Part shown: piece by piece, positions 10,028 to 20,488 of the stretch
Position numbering within the stretch: the stretch's first letter is position 1
Layout of the letters: every line of letters begins with the position of its first letter
NCBI GenBank assembly: GCA_913043225.1
Contig: CAJWLU010000002.1
Location: 96,001 to 160,000, forward strand
Reading direction: 5' to 3'
Length of the DNA: 64,000 bases
From: an uncultured Acidobacteriota bacterium
GTDB taxonomy: Bacteria > Acidobacteriota > Vicinamibacteria > Vicinamibacterales > UBA8438
Translations under genes and position numbers: made by a program
Notes under the pieces: generated by a model
The model's database searches: none
What the model was told of the DNA's origin: nothing
What the model saw: only the letters and a program-made list of their open reading frames with translations

Positions 10028-10640
10028 ATGGAGCCACGGGTGGCCAGGGTCCTGGCTCTGACCCTCGGGGTGGGGAATCGGTGGCGTGCGGGCCTGGTCC
10101 CGAGCGGATGCCGACAACGGACCGTGAACGCCGAGTACGATCGCTAAACGAGTCGTCTTCAGCTGCTCACCCTGGATTCGGACGACAACCCTACTCCAGA
10201 CACCTGGAGCTACATGGACGGAAATACTGTGCTCCGGAGCGAACTGGATCGGGGCGAGAACCGAGTGATTGAACGCTGGAAGTACTACCTGCCGGGTCGG
10301 TTGATCAAAAAGATCTGGTTCTCGCGCGGGGGAGATGAGGTGGTCGACGCCTGGGCCTACGAAGATGGCGACGGCGCCGTGGCCCGCATCGAAATTTCGA
10401 TACTGCACAACGGTCAGGTCGACCGATGGGAGCACTACGAGGCGGACATCCTGGCCAGAGCCGAGGATGACATGGCCCCTGATGGCCAGCCCGACGAGTG
10501 GGAGACGCACTCCGGGAGCCTTGTCGAGTCGGCGGCGTTCGACGAAAATGGCGATGGAGTGCCGGACCGCCGCCTGCTCTGCGCCGGGGGAGCGCTACTG
10601 GCGATCGAGAGCACCGGGCCGAAGACGGAACCCACCGCAC
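10028..10640 (+). pseudogene. Degraded exported protein with tandem D-x-x-x-DG-x-x-D-x-W repeats
   Basis: ATG 10028 is in frame with the 10214 ORF but interrupted by TAA at 10145; repeats DSDDNPTPDTW, DMAPDGQPDEW, DENGDGVPDR; lipobox-like VAC lies in a shifted frame. Confidence 0.65.
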
Positions 10641-10802
10641 CCGGATCGACGTCGACCGCTGATCTCCATCACCTACTGCAGTCTGTTTTGTGCAATTTCT
10701 TACCCGATAGGGGCTGCAGGTCGATGACTTGCGTGCGGCTGGAATCGTGTTCTTCGACCCAACAGAGGCGCGGGGCGAATGTCTTAACCGGGATGAAGGG
10801 CC

Positions 10803-13196
10803 ATGCCGAACTTTACCTTCGAAACTAAGGCTCGGACTCTGGATCGGCTGACAGGCCGACTGGCCAAGTTCAAGATTCCAGACCTGCTGTACTTCACGGT
10901 CGCGGAGTGGCGGAGCCAGCCAGACGTTTGGTTCGGTCGGATCGCCCAGCGATTCGGCTCCGAGGCGGTCATCGTGCGCTCATCGGCCTGGGACGAGGAC
11001 GGGTCCGTCTGGGGACAGGCGGGGCAATATGCCTCGGTGCCTGGAGTAGGTGCCAACGACCGGGAGGCGCTCACCGATGCTGTCGATACGGTCGTCGCTA
11101 GCTATGAGAAGGGCGGGGAGCAGATCGCCAACCGGGATGAGATCATCGTCCAGCGGATGCTGGTCAACACCGTGATGAGTGGAGTGCTCTTTACCCAGGA
11201 CCTGAACACGGGCGCTCCCTACTACGTGATCAACTATGACGATCAGTCCGGTCGTACCGATACGGTCACCTCGGGAGCCGGTGAGTACTCCAACCGAACG
11301 CTTTATCTGCATAGGGGCGCGATCGAGGCGGTGCGGTCGCCACGGTTCCAGGCGTTGGTCGCGGCTGTCTCCGACCTTGAGGCGGTGACCGGGAACCCGT
11401 TTCTCGATGTCGAATTCGCTCTCGACGCCGAGTTTGTCCCCTATCTGCTCCAGGTACGGCTAATTACAACCCGCGCGAACTGGAACCGTGCGCTGGCGCG
11501 GCGGGTCGACCAGGCGCTGCTGGGTGTTCAGGAGTTCGTCCGGCGACGGTTTCAACCGCTGCCCGGGGTACTCGGCGCACGGTCCGTCTTCGGCCAGATG
11601 CCGGACTGGAACCCCGCCGAGATGATCGGGCGGGCACCGCGGCGGCTAGCCAGTTCCCTGTACAGAAAGGTGATCACCGACGACGCGTGGCGTGACGCGC
11701 GGCAGGAGATGGGGTACGCCGTGCCCGAGGGACACCCGCTCATGGTGCTTCTGGCCGGCCAGCCCTATGTCGATGTTCGTCTTAGCTTCCATTCGTATCT
11801 TCCGGCCACGCTCGATGCCGCGATCGGCGAGAAATTGGTCAATGCCTGGCTGGAGCGACTCGTCGCTCATCCCCATCTGCACGACAAGGTGGAGTTCGAG
11901 GTGGCGATTACGGCCTATAGCTTTGATTTTGCCGAGCGCGTCGATTTGCTCATACCCGACGTGTTGAGCCCGGATGAGCTCGCGAAGTTCGAGACCACAC
12001 TCCGGTCGTTGACGCGCGAGCACGTGACCGGTCTCCGCAGTGGACTCGAGTCGTCGTTGGCCCGAATCCAGGCGCTGGAGCAGCTCGATGTGGAGCGTGA
12101 TCTCGCCTCGGCGGATCGGTCGCCGCTGGCACTCCGCTCGCTGCTCGAACGCTGTGTCCGATTCGGGACGGTTCCGTTCTCCATCCTTGCTAGACACGGA
12201 TTCATCGCCCGTTCGTTACTGTTGTCACTGGTGTCGAAGGGTGTGTTCTCGGTCGAGGACGCCGATCGATTCGGCAAGAGCATCCGCACGGTGGCGAGCG
12301 AGCTCGTCGCAGACATGCGTCGGTTCGCCGAGGGGAGGCGCGATCGCGATAGCTTTATGGCCCAATACGGACACCTGCGTCCTGGCACATATGACATCCT
12401 CTCGCCGCGTTACGACCAGGCGCTCGAGATCTTCTCCGGCGCCCAGGAGCCGGTCGCTGATGGCGGCGACTCCGTCATTGAGGTGTCGGAGCGGCAACGG
12501 CGGGACATCGACCGTTTGCTGGCGGAGCACGGCTTTGACGGCGTTTCAGCGGCCCGCTTGCTGGACTACCTCCGGGAAGCCCCGGCGGCTCGCGAGCATG
12601 CGAAGTTTGTGTTCACTCGCACCCTGAGCGACGTGCTGGAACTGACCGCCCGCTACGGAGAGCAGGTGGGGCTGAGCCGGGATGAATTGTCTCATTTGGC
12701 GATTGACGACGTGCTCGAAGTGGACGTGGAGAGCGCGCCTTACTCGGTGGAGGAGCGTTTGCGCGACAGGGCCCGTCGCGGCGCCGAAGCGCACGCGACG
12801 ACTCGCGCCGTACGGCTACCGCAGCTGCTCTTCGACGAGGCAGGGGTGCATGTGGTGCCGTTCCAGATCAGCCATCCGAATTTCATCACACACAACGTCG
12901 TGCGGGGAGCGTGCGTCCGCTTGCGAGCTGACGACGTCTCGGTGCCAGAACTCGAGGGCCGCGTTGTGCTGATTGAGGGGGCTGATCCCGGTTTTGACTG
13001 GATCTTCGCCCATAGGATCGGTGGGCTTGTGACGGCGTTTGGCGGCGCCAACTCTCACATGGCGATTCGATGTGCTGAGTTCGGGATTCCTGCCGCCATC
13101 GGTTGTGGCGAACAGGTCTTCGAGCGGGTCTCGGCCGTGGGTGGCGTGGAGCTCAACTGCGGCGAGGGGATCATGCGCCCGGTCCGGTTGCGCTAG
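10803..13196 (+). CDS. PEP-utilising-family kinase, Cj1418-like L-glutamine kinase
   Basis: TKARTL start, IVRSSA..ED..AG ATP-grasp, MPDWNPAEMIG, HDKVEF, YGHLRPGTYDI, ADPGFDWIF, phospho-His GGANSHMAIRCAEFGIPAAIGCGE. Confidence 0.85.
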   Translation: MPNFTFETKARTLDRLTGRLAKFKIPDLLYFTVAEWRSQPDVWFGRIAQRFGSEAVIVRSSAWDEDGSVWGQAGQYASVPGVGANDREALTDAVDTVVASYEKGGEQIANRDEIIVQRMLVNTVMSGVLFTQDLNTGAPYYVINYDDQSGRTDTVTSGAGEYSNRTLYLHRGAIEAVRSPRFQALVAAVSDLEAVTGNPFLDVEFALDAEFVPYLLQVRLITTRANWNRALARRVDQALLGVQEFVRRRFQPLPGVLGARSVFGQMPDWNPAEMIGRAPRRLASSLYRKVITDDAWRDARQEMGYAVPEGHPLMVLLAGQPYVDVRLSFHSYLPATLDAAIGEKLVNAWLERLVAHPHLHDKVEFEVAITAYSFDFAERVDLLIPDVLSPDELAKFETTLRSLTREHVTGLRSGLESSLARIQALEQLDVERDLASADRSPLALRSLLERCVRFGTVPFSILARHGFIARSLLLSLVSKGVFSVEDADRFGKSIRTVASELVADMRRFAEGRRDRDSFMAQYGHLRPGTYDILSPRYDQALEIFSGAQEPVADGGDSVIEVSERQRRDIDRLLAEHGFDGVSAARLLDYLREAPAAREHAKFVFTRTLSDVLELTARYGEQVGLSRDELSHLAIDDVLEVDVESAPYSVEERLRDRARRGAEAHATTRAVRLPQLLFDEAGVHVVPFQISHPNFITHNVVRGACVRLRADDVSVPELEGRVVLIEGADPGFDWIFAHRIGGLVTAFGGANSHMAIRCAEFGIPAAIGCGEQVFERVSAVGGVELNCGEGIMRPVRLR

Positions 13197-13209
13197 GACG
13201 TAGCTGGTT

Positions 13210-13731
13210 GTGGTCGTTTGGATCATAGGGATGTCGGGGGCGGGCAAGACGGCCATCGGTACCGAGGTGCATCGCCAGTGGAAGGCGACCGGCGCGCCGG
13301 TCGTGATGGTGGATGGGGATCAGGTAAGGCGGATCGTGGGGCAGGACCAGAGCGATGCCGACTACACGCTGGTGGCAAGGCGCAAGAATGCCGAACGTTT
13401 GTTCGAGATCTGTCGCTGGCTTGATCTGGAAGGGATCAATGTCGTCTGCTCCCACCTGTCGCTCTTCGCCGACCTCCGCGACCGTAACCGCGAGACTTTC
13501 TCGAGTTACTTCGAAGTCTTCGTCGACGTGCCGATTGATGTCCTGGTCGAACGAGACGACAAAGGGATTTATCAGGCCGCGCGGCGCGGCGAGACCGCCA
13601 ATGTGGTGGGGGTTGACATCGATTTTCCGAGACCGGAGCGTGCGGATCTGGTCGTGGAAAACGGTGGGTTCAATGTCCCTCTCTCGCGCTGGGCCGGGGA
13701 CATCCTTCGTGCGGTGGGCATAGTCGCGTAA
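13210..13731 (+). CDS. Adenylylsulfate-kinase-like protein, Cj1415-like cytidine diphosphoramidate kinase
   Basis: P-loop GMSGAGKT, VDGDQVR, RDDKGIY, VVGVDIDF..P; 13 nt downstream of the Cj1418-like gene. Confidence 0.8.
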   Translation: MVVWIIGMSGAGKTAIGTEVHRQWKATGAPVVMVDGDQVRRIVGQDQSDADYTLVARRKNAERLFEICRWLDLEGINVVCSHLSLFADLRDRNRETFSSYFEVFVDVPIDVLVERDDKGIYQAARRGETANVVGVDIDFPRPERADLVVENGGFNVPLSRWAGDILRAVGIVA

Positions 13732-13802
13732 GCCCTGATTTGGGCGGATGCGATAGCGGCCCAGTGGCCAGTGCTGGTCAGGCGATCCCGGACCGTGCCG
13801 TG

Positions 13803-14987
13803 TTAGACCGTTTCCGCCGGACTTGCCGGCGCTTGTCCGGTCAGCCGCTCGGTCAGCCGCTCGACGACGTAGTCCTGCATCTCGGTCGTCAATTCGGGAT
13901 AGATGGGGAGAGCAAGCGAGTGCTCGGCGGCGTATTCACTGTGTGGAAAACAGCCTTCGGTGTATCCAAGCGAAGCGAAGCATGGCTGCAGGTGCGCGGG
14001 CACGGGGTAGTACACCTCTGTGCCGATTCCGCTTGTGGTCAGCCAGGACCGGAGGCCGTCCCGGTCTGACGACACCGAGATCACATACTGGTTGTAGACG
14101 TGGTCCCGTCGCTCGCCACGGGGGGACGGAGTGGTGATGCCTGGCAGCCGCAGGTGCTCGTCATAGTACGCGGCGTTGGCCTGCCGTTCGCTATGCCACT
14201 CCTCAAGGTGGTCGAGCTTGACGCGAAGGATCGCCGCCTGAAGCGGATCGAGCCGGAAGTTGCCGCCGACTAGTGCGTGGCGGTGCTTCGGGTGGGCCCC
14301 GTGGTTCCTCAGGCACCGGACTCGCTCAGCCAGCTGCGCGTCGTCGGTCACCACCATGCCCCCGTCGCCCATCGCACCCAGGTTCTTGCTTGGGAAGAAC
14401 GAATAGCAACCGATGGTGCCCATGGCGCCGGCATGACGCCGCTCACCATTCCAGTCGTAGCTGGCGCCGATCGCCTGCGCAGCATCTTCCACCACGGGGA
14501 TGCCGCGGGCCTGGGCGAGATCCAGGAGCGGCACCATGTCGGCGCATTGGCCAAACAGGTGTACGGGGACGATCGCTTTGACCCGTCCGGCGTCCGCAGA
14601 ATTTTTGTCGAACCACTGCCGCAATTGGTAGGGGTCGAGATTGTAGGTGGCCGGGTCGATATCGACGAAGACCGCCGTGGCACCCAGACGGCTGATGGTG
14701 CCGATGGTGGCGAAGAACGAATACGGGGTAGTCAGCACGAGATCGCCTGGTCCCACCCCGAGCGCGGTGAGCGAGACGAGCAGCGCGTCGGTGCCTGATG
14801 AGACGCCGATGGCGTGCCGGCTGCCCACGTAGCCGGCGATGGCCTGCTCCAGCTCCTCGACTTTAGGGCCCCCAATATAGCGAGTAGAGTCGACGACCTC
14901 GTCGATGGCGATCCGGAGCGGCTCCCTAATCTGGCTCAACTGCTGCCGCAGGTCGAGCAGCGGTACCTGCATCCGCGCGTTGCTCAT
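13803..14987 (-). CDS. DegT family sugar aminotransferase (WbpE/WlbC-like)
   Basis: [47 protein letters not shown]. Confidence 0.93.
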   Translation of the reverse strand: MSNARMQVPLLDLRQQLSQIREPLRIAIDEVVDSTRYIGGPKVEELEQAIAGYVGSRHAIGVSSGTDALLVSLTALGVGPGDLVLTTPYSFFATIGTISRLGATAVFVDIDPATYNLDPYQLRQWFDKNSADAGRVKAIVPVHLFGQCADMVPLLDLAQARGIPVVEDAAQAIGASYDWNGERRHAGAMGTIGCYSFFPSKNLGAMGDGGMVVTDDAQLAERVRCLRNHGAHPKHRHALVGGNFRLDPLQAAILRVKLDHLEEWHSERQANAAYYDEHLRLPGITTPSPRGERRDHVYNQYVISVSSDRDGLRSWLTTSGIGTEVYYPVPAHLQPCFASLGYTEGCFPHSEYAAEHSLALPIYPELTTEMQDYVVERLTERLTGQAPASPAETV

Positions 14988-15222
14988 ATGGTTTGTACCG
15001 GAGATGGAGTCAACCCGCATAGTATAATTTGGACACTCCAAGGCACACCGACCAGAGACGCTGATTCCCGGGATTCCGCAGGGTTCCCCAGGCCTGCCAC
15101 GCAACGAGACGAGCTCTGTTATGCCTCAGCGACTGGCACGACTCCTGGCCTGGTTGGAGACCTGGTGCCGTCCCATGGCGTTCCAGCCCGGGGCGTCTGA
15201 AGTCGCCGCTTGAGTCAGGGGC

Positions 15223-16092
15223 TCAGTTCAGGCTTGCCACCCGGCGCCGCAGCGCCTTGACGTGTCCCCAGATTTCGTCGCGTTCCTCCCGGGTCTCTTC
15301 CCCGTCGTCCCCACGGGAAGCGAACTGCAGATACGCCTCCAGGTCTCGCAACGCCGCTGTGTAGTCGTTCAGATGGTAGGCGAGCAGACCTCGATCCCGG
15401 AGCTCGCTGAGCGCAGACGGGTTGATAGACAGGAGCAGATCGGTGACGGCCCGACCCTGAGGGAACGACCTCATCCGTACGTAGAGACGCTTGAGGTTGA
15501 CCAGCATCCGCACGAGGATTTGCTGCTTGGTCGCCGGACGAAGCAGTGTCTGGGCGAATGCGACCGAGCCGCCGGCGTGACGCCGGAGTAGCGCCCGGCA
15601 GTCGGTTTCCGATAGCACCGTGCCGCCGTCGAACGGATCAACCACGACGGCGCTCTCTGGCGCGTCGCCCGCTCCCAGCGGAAAGCGGAGCAGGAAGTGC
15701 CCGGGGAAGTTCACGCCTTCAACCTGGATCCCCGCCCGGCGGGCCACCTCGATGTAGACCACCGCCAGCGTGATGGGGATACCGGTCCGGCGCTCGAGCA
15801 CCTGGTTGAGGAAGCTGTTCCGCAGGTCGTCGTAATCGGTGGCGTTGCCAGCGAACCCCTGGTCTTCGAACAGATAGTGGTTGAGACTGTGCAGCGGACC
15901 CCGGGGGGCGGCTCGACCGGTGGTGTCCAGGCGTCCCGCCATGTCCTCGCCCATTTGCTCCAGTCGCCCGAGGTAGGGAGACGGGTCGAGCGTCGGGTAG
16001 CCGAGGCGGGCAATGAGCAGTGCCGGCTCAGCCAGGCCCTGGTCGGGGCTGGTGGCGGCCTTGGCGAACTCCTGAACGAGTTCTGGCGTCAT
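15223..16092 (-). CDS. SirB1/transglutaminase-like protein with C-terminal TPR
   Basis: NSFLNQVLERRTGIPITL, GVNFPGHFL, DPF, ELRDRGL. Confidence 0.9.
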   Translation of the reverse strand: MTPELVQEFAKAATSPDQGLAEPALLIARLGYPTLDPSPYLGRLEQMGEDMAGRLDTTGRAAPRGPLHSLNHYLFEDQGFAGNATDYDDLRNSFLNQVLERRTGIPITLAVVYIEVARRAGIQVEGVNFPGHFLLRFPLGAGDAPESAVVVDPFDGGTVLSETDCRALLRRHAGGSVAFAQTLLRPATKQQILVRMLVNLKRLYVRMRSFPQGRAVTDLLLSINPSALSELRDRGLLAYHLNDYTAALRDLEAYLQFASRGDDGEETREERDEIWGHVKALRRRVASLN

Positions 16093-16124
16093 TACAGCGC
16101 AGCCGTCTTCCATCTTGTTAATGA

Positions 16125-16802
16125 TTATTGCACCGCTAGCCGTCGGAGGAGGGCGAGGTCGACGTCCGCAATAGACGCCACGACCGCATCGGCAGCGGTC
16201 AGTGCCGAGGCCGGGTAGGTTTGAGCGACGCCGAGGCAGCGGAGGCCGGCCGACTGTGCCGACGTGATGCCCCAGTACGAGTCTTCGATGGCGACGAAGC
16301 GGCCCTTGGGTTCGGTGACCAATGGACGTAGTCGCGCAACCGCCTCGAGGTACGGATCTGGAGCCGGCTTGGACTGAGACGTGTCGCCAGCGGCCACGAT
16401 CGTGCGGAAGAGAGGCCGAAGGCCGGTGGCGTCCAGCAGCGCCTCAATCTCGCCACCAAGCGCGCCCGACGCGATCGCGATCGGCACCTCGGCCGCGATC
16501 CGTCGCACGCATTCCGCCGCGCCTGGAAACAGCGCTTCGCCAGCCGCCGTTAGCGTACTGAAGTGGTGACTCTTGGCGGACACGAGCGCCGAGAGCTCGG
16601 CGTCCGAGATGGACCAGTGCTGATCGCGGGCGACGGCTCGGAACGCCCCCACATCGTCGAACCCGAGGTAGCGGTCGAAGTAGGTCTGTTTGTCGAGGTG
16701 GCGACCGTGCGGCTCGAGTGCAGCCTGAAAGGCGCGCAGATGGAGCGGCTCGCTATCGGCGAGCACGCCGTCGAAGTCGAACACGACCGCTGCAAGCGGC
16801 AC
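16125..16802 (-). CDS. HAD-superfamily phosphatase
   Basis: FDFDGVLADSE, KPAPDPY, IEDS..GI..A..AG. Confidence 0.92.
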   Translation of the reverse strand: MPLAAVVFDFDGVLADSEPLHLRAFQAALEPHGRHLDKQTYFDRYLGFDDVGAFRAVARDQHWSISDAELSALVSAKSHHFSTLTAAGEALFPGAAECVRRIAAEVPIAIASGALGGEIEALLDATGLRPLFRTIVAAGDTSQSKPAPDPYLEAVARLRPLVTEPKGRFVAIEDSYWGITSAQSAGLRCLGVAQTYPASALTAADAVVASIADVDLALLRRLAVQ

Positions 16803-16805
16803 GGG

Positions 16806-17492
16806 TCAGGGTTGGTCCGGGGGAGTGTCCCCGGAGGAATCCGGCGCTTGGTCGAAGTCGACCTTCGGGGCGTCGAAGCCTGGCGCCAGTTGCTCGCCGG
16901 CCCGGATTTGGACCTCGAGCCAGTTCTCTCTGGGCGGTACCGGGCATTCCCAGGCTTCGTCGTAGTAGCAGTTCGGGTTGAATGCCCGGTTGAAGTCCAG
17001 TTCGTAGATACCACTGGCGGTGCGTGGGAGCTCTAGGTAGCGGCCTCCACCGTAGGTCTCACTGTCGTTCGTCGTGTCCTTGAACATGATGAACAGTGAG
17101 TCGATGGAGCGAACCGGCGCCTCGGCCAGCGCCGAGAGTTGCATCGGTTCGCCGTTGAGTGCGAACTTCAGGACTCCGACTCGTTGCATCGGAAAGATCT
17201 GACCGGTTGAGTATGGAATGTCGAAGATCTCCTGCTCAGGAGAGACTTCGAGCGCGGCCGCGACCCGGAAGGTCGGATCGGGGTCGTAGTAGTTGATAGG
17301 CAGAAGCACTCCCCGCCGCTCGACCGGGATCGGTGAGATCGGGTTCTCCCGGTGATACTGGTTCAACTGGTCGCGATGCGTCGTCAGCTGCTCCAGCCAG
17401 CCGGTCTCATCTGGTGGCGGCGCCGTACAGGCAGCAGACGCCACGAGCGCCGCTGTCAGGATGGCTGATCCAACTGGTACGTTCCACTTCAT
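16806..17492 (-). CDS. DUF1684 family lipoprotein
   Basis: FKDTTN..ETYGGGRYL, LDFNRAFNPNCYY...CPVPPRENWL; lipobox ASAAC. Confidence 0.88.
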   Translation of the reverse strand: MKWNVPVGSAILTAALVASAACTAPPPDETGWLEQLTTHRDQLNQYHRENPISPIPVERRGVLLPINYYDPDPTFRVAAALEVSPEQEIFDIPYSTGQIFPMQRVGVLKFALNGEPMQLSALAEAPVRSIDSLFIMFKDTTNDSETYGGGRYLELPRTASGIYELDFNRAFNPNCYYDEAWECPVPPRENWLEVQIRAGEQLAPGFDAPKVDFDQAPDSSGDTPPDQP

Positions 17493-19267
17493 CCCAAGCT
17501 ATATCCTGCCCTGTCGACGACCGCGTCCGCAAGCCGCCGACGCATGGCGGTGGTGTTGACCGGCGTGACCTTGAGCAGACGCCTGAGCGCACCCAGGTTC
17601 ATCCGCAGCGAATCGCCTTCGTCCATTGCCGCCAGTGCCGACCGTGCGGCCGCCTCGATCCGATAGGTGGCGTCGTTGACCCAGACCGCCGCGGCGTCCT
17701 GTTGAAGTGCGGCCGAGCTTGGGGTATCGTCCGTCGCCTGAAGCGCTCGGAGCACGGCGCTTTCGGAAAGGAACGTGTCAATCAGTATGTCCGCCGTCCA
17801 CGAGAGGATCTCCTGTTCTTCCGTGAGCTTCTCGCCATAGCGCTGCATGGCGAGTCCTAGCACCATGATTGCCGCCTTCTTGAAGGCCGCCACGACTTTC
17901 CGCTGCTCGCCGAGCGGTTCGTCGGACGGTTCCGAGAGCGCCGGCGGGCTCATGATCTCGTCCTGAAGCTGCTTGGCCGCTGGGATGAGGGGAAGGCCGC
18001 CCTTCAGCGCACGCCGGATGAGCGTGCCTGGAATCAGAAGCCGGTTGATCTCATTGGTGCCCTCGAAGATGCGGTTTACACGGCTGTCGCGATAGTGTCG
18101 CTCGGCAGCGTAGTCCTTCACGAACCCGTTTCCGCCATGTATCTGGACGTTCTCGTCGAGCACATAGTGAAGCATCTCGCTGCCCGCGACCTTAAGGATG
18201 GAGCACTCGACAGCCAGCTCCTCGAGGGTGTCTCGTAGCAGGGCCGCATCTTTCGCGTCGTGGTTGGCCAGCGCGTCGTCGAGCGCACCGGTGGTTCGAT
18301 AGATGCCGCTTTCCACCGCGTAGGTACGGGAGGTCATCTCGCCAATCTTGTATTTGATCGCCCCAAAGCTGGCGATCGGCCGTCCGAACTGGTGGCGTTC
18401 GGCGGCATAGCGGGCCGATTCTCCGATGGCGCTGGTCGCGCTTCCGCTTGCCATCACCGCGAGCTTGAAGCGGCCGTAGTTCAGCGTGTTGAACGCGACC
18501 TTGTGTCCCTTTCCGATATCACCGAGTACGTTGTCAGCTGGTACCACCACATCATGAAAAATGACCGGTGTCGTGGATGAGCCATGTAGGCCCATCTTGT
18601 GCTCTTCCTTGCCGGTGGACACGCCAGAGTAGGTCCGCTCGACCAGGAACGCGGTGAAGTGCTCGCCGTCGACCTTGGCGAACACCACAAACAGGTCGGC
18701 GAAGCCTCCGTTCGTAATCCACATCTTCTCGCCGCTGATCTTGTAGCTGCCGTCGTCTTGGCTGGTTGCCCGGGTCTTGGCGCCGAGCGCATCCGATCCT
18801 GAGCCAGATTCGCTGAGACAGTAGGCGCCGACCCACTCGCCGCTGACCAGCTTCTCGAGATAACGGGCCTTCTGGTCCTCGGTACCGAAACACTGCAGCG
18901 GCAGGATGGCGAGACCGGTCTGCGCACCGTAGGTTGATCCGAACGAGCCGCCCTGGCCAATCCGACACCCGACAACGACCGAGGACGCTTTGTCGAGTTC
19001 GACCCCGCCGTATGCCTCGGGTACGTCGGTGCCCATCAGGCCAAGCTCGCCCGCTCGACGGACGAGCTGACGCGCCAGCTCCCAGTCCTTGGTTTCCAGT
19101 TGGTCGTGGTTGGGCGTGATCTCTTTGGAGACGAACTCCTCGGCGGTCTGGTCGATCAGTCGATGCTCTTCGCTCAGTCGCTCGGGAGTGAACGTCTCGC
19201 CTGGAGCCGACTCCTCTAGGAGCCAGGCTCCACCCTTGATCTCAGCCGGCGTTGCTGTCGTCGTCAT
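17489..19267 (-). CDS. fadE: Acyl-CoA dehydrogenase (Bacillus FadE-like)
   Basis: YCLSESGSGSDA, GEKMWITNGG, KMGLHGSST, QIHGGNG, RIFEGTNEINR. Confidence 0.93.
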   Translation of the reverse strand: MTTTATPAEIKGGAWLLEESAPGETFTPERLSEEHRLIDQTAEEFVSKEITPNHDQLETKDWELARQLVRRAGELGLMGTDVPEAYGGVELDKASSVVVGCRIGQGGSFGSTYGAQTGLAILPLQCFGTEDQKARYLEKLVSGEWVGAYCLSESGSGSDALGAKTRATSQDDGSYKISGEKMWITNGGFADLFVVFAKVDGEHFTAFLVERTYSGVSTGKEEHKMGLHGSSTTPVIFHDVVVPADNVLGDIGKGHKVAFNTLNYGRFKLAVMASGSATSAIGESARYAAERHQFGRPIASFGAIKYKIGEMTSRTYAVESGIYRTTGALDDALANHDAKDAALLRDTLEELAVECSILKVAGSEMLHYVLDENVQIHGGNGFVKDYAAERHYRDSRVNRIFEGTNEINRLLIPGTLIRRALKGGLPLIPAAKQLQDEIMSPPALSEPSDEPLGEQRKVVAAFKKAAIMVLGLAMQRYGEKLTEEQEILSWTADILIDTFLSESAVLRALQATDDTPSSAALQQDAAAVWVNDATYRIEAAARSALAAMDEGDSLRMNLGALRRLLKVTPVNTTAMRRRLADAVVDRAGYSLG

Positions 19268-19306
19268 CGTCAGATCCTCATCAAAAGAGACGGGGTGTTT
19301 GCCCCT

Positions 19307-20488
19307 TCAGGTCAGTCGTTCGAAGATGCCGGCGGCGCCCATTCCGCCGCCGACGCACATGGTGACCAGGCCGTAGCGCCCTTCGCGCCGCCTCAGCTCG
19401 TATAGCAGGCTGGTCGTTAGCTTGGCGCCGGTGCAGCCGAGCGGATGTCCCAGTGCGATCGCGCCGCCGTTGACGTTCAGCTTGTCCCGATCGATCGGAA
19501 GCTCCCGCAGGCAGGCGAGCACCTGGGCGGCGAATGCCTCGTTGAGCTCCACGAGATCGATGTCGTCGAGGCTTAGCCCGGTTCGTTCGAGTACCTTCTT
19601 GATGGCGGGCACCGGGCCCACTCCGAAGCGTTCGGGGTCGACACCGGCGGTGGCGTAAGCCACGAACCGCCCGAGCGGCTGAAGGCCAGCGCGCTCGGCG
19701 CGCTCCCGCGAAGTAACCACGACCGCCGCCGCACCATCGCTCGTCTGCGACGAGTTTCCCGCGGTTACCGACCCACCCACGCGGAAGGCCGGGCGCAGGC
19801 CGGCTAGCACTTCGAGCGAGGTGTCGGCGCGTGGGCCTTCGTCCGTGTCAAACCGAACGTGGTTGACGGTGGGTCGGCTCCCATTGCCTGGCGCGACCAC
19901 CTTGATGTCGAGCGGCGCGATCTCGTCCTTGAAGCGTCTGGCATCGATCGCCGCGATCGCGCGCTCGTGGCTCGCCAGCGCGTAAGCGTCCTGCTCTTCG
20001 CGAGACACTTCCGCCTCCAGCACGTGGTTCTCTGCGACTAGGCCCGTCGAGAGATACACGTCAGGGTAGTCCTGCATCAACTGGGGATTTGGGGCGATCT
20101 TGTTGCCACCCATCGGAATCAAGCTCATCGACTCGGTGCCCCCGGCGATAATGGTCTCCGCCGCGCCCACCATCACGCGCTCCGCCGCGTAGGCGATCGC
20201 CTGCAGGCCCGAGGAGCAGAACCGATTGATGGTGACCGCCGACGCGCTGTTCGGCACTCCGGCGCGAAGACTCGCGATGCGCGCCACGTTCATGCCCTGT
20301 TCGCCTTCGGGCATGGCGCAGCCGAGAATGACGTCCTCGACCTCCTCCGGTGCGATGCCTGGCGCGCGGTGCAGCGCTTCCTGGATGACGGTGGCCGCCA
20401 TCTCGTCGGGACGGGTTGCCCGAAGTGTTCCCTTGGGGGCCTTTCCCACCGCCGTGCGTACTGCCGAGGCGATGACTGCGTCGGTCAT
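19307..20488 (-). CDS. fadA: Acetyl-CoA C-acyltransferase (thiolase)
   Basis: [26 protein letters not shown]. Confidence 0.95.
   Translation of the reverse strand: MTDAVIASAVRTAVGKAPKGTLRATRPDEMAATVIQEALHRAPGIAPEEVEDVILGCAMPEGEQGMNVARIASLRAGVPNSASAVTINRFCSSGLQAIAYAAERVMVGAAETIIAGGTESMSLIPMGGNKIAPNPQLMQDYPDVYLSTGLVAENHVLEAEVSREEQDAYALASHERAIAAIDARRFKDEIAPLDIKVVAPGNGSRPTVNHVRFDTDEGPRADTSLEVLAGLRPAFRVGGSVTAGNSSQTSDGAAAVVVTSRERAERAGLQPLGRFVAYATAGVDPERFGVGPVPAIKKVLERTGLSLDDIDLVELNEAFAAQVLACLRELPIDRDKLNVNGGAIALGHPLGCTGAKLTTSLLYELRRREGRYGLVTMCVGGGMGAAGIFERLT

Noticed and set aside
10803..13196. PEP synthase or pyruvate phosphate dikinase call
   Set aside because: The phospho-His domain is C-terminal and there is no pyruvate-binding TIM barrel
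13210..13731. Sulfate-assimilation cysC call
   Set aside because: No cysD/cysN/sat nearby, and context with the Cj1418-like gene favours a Cj1415-like role
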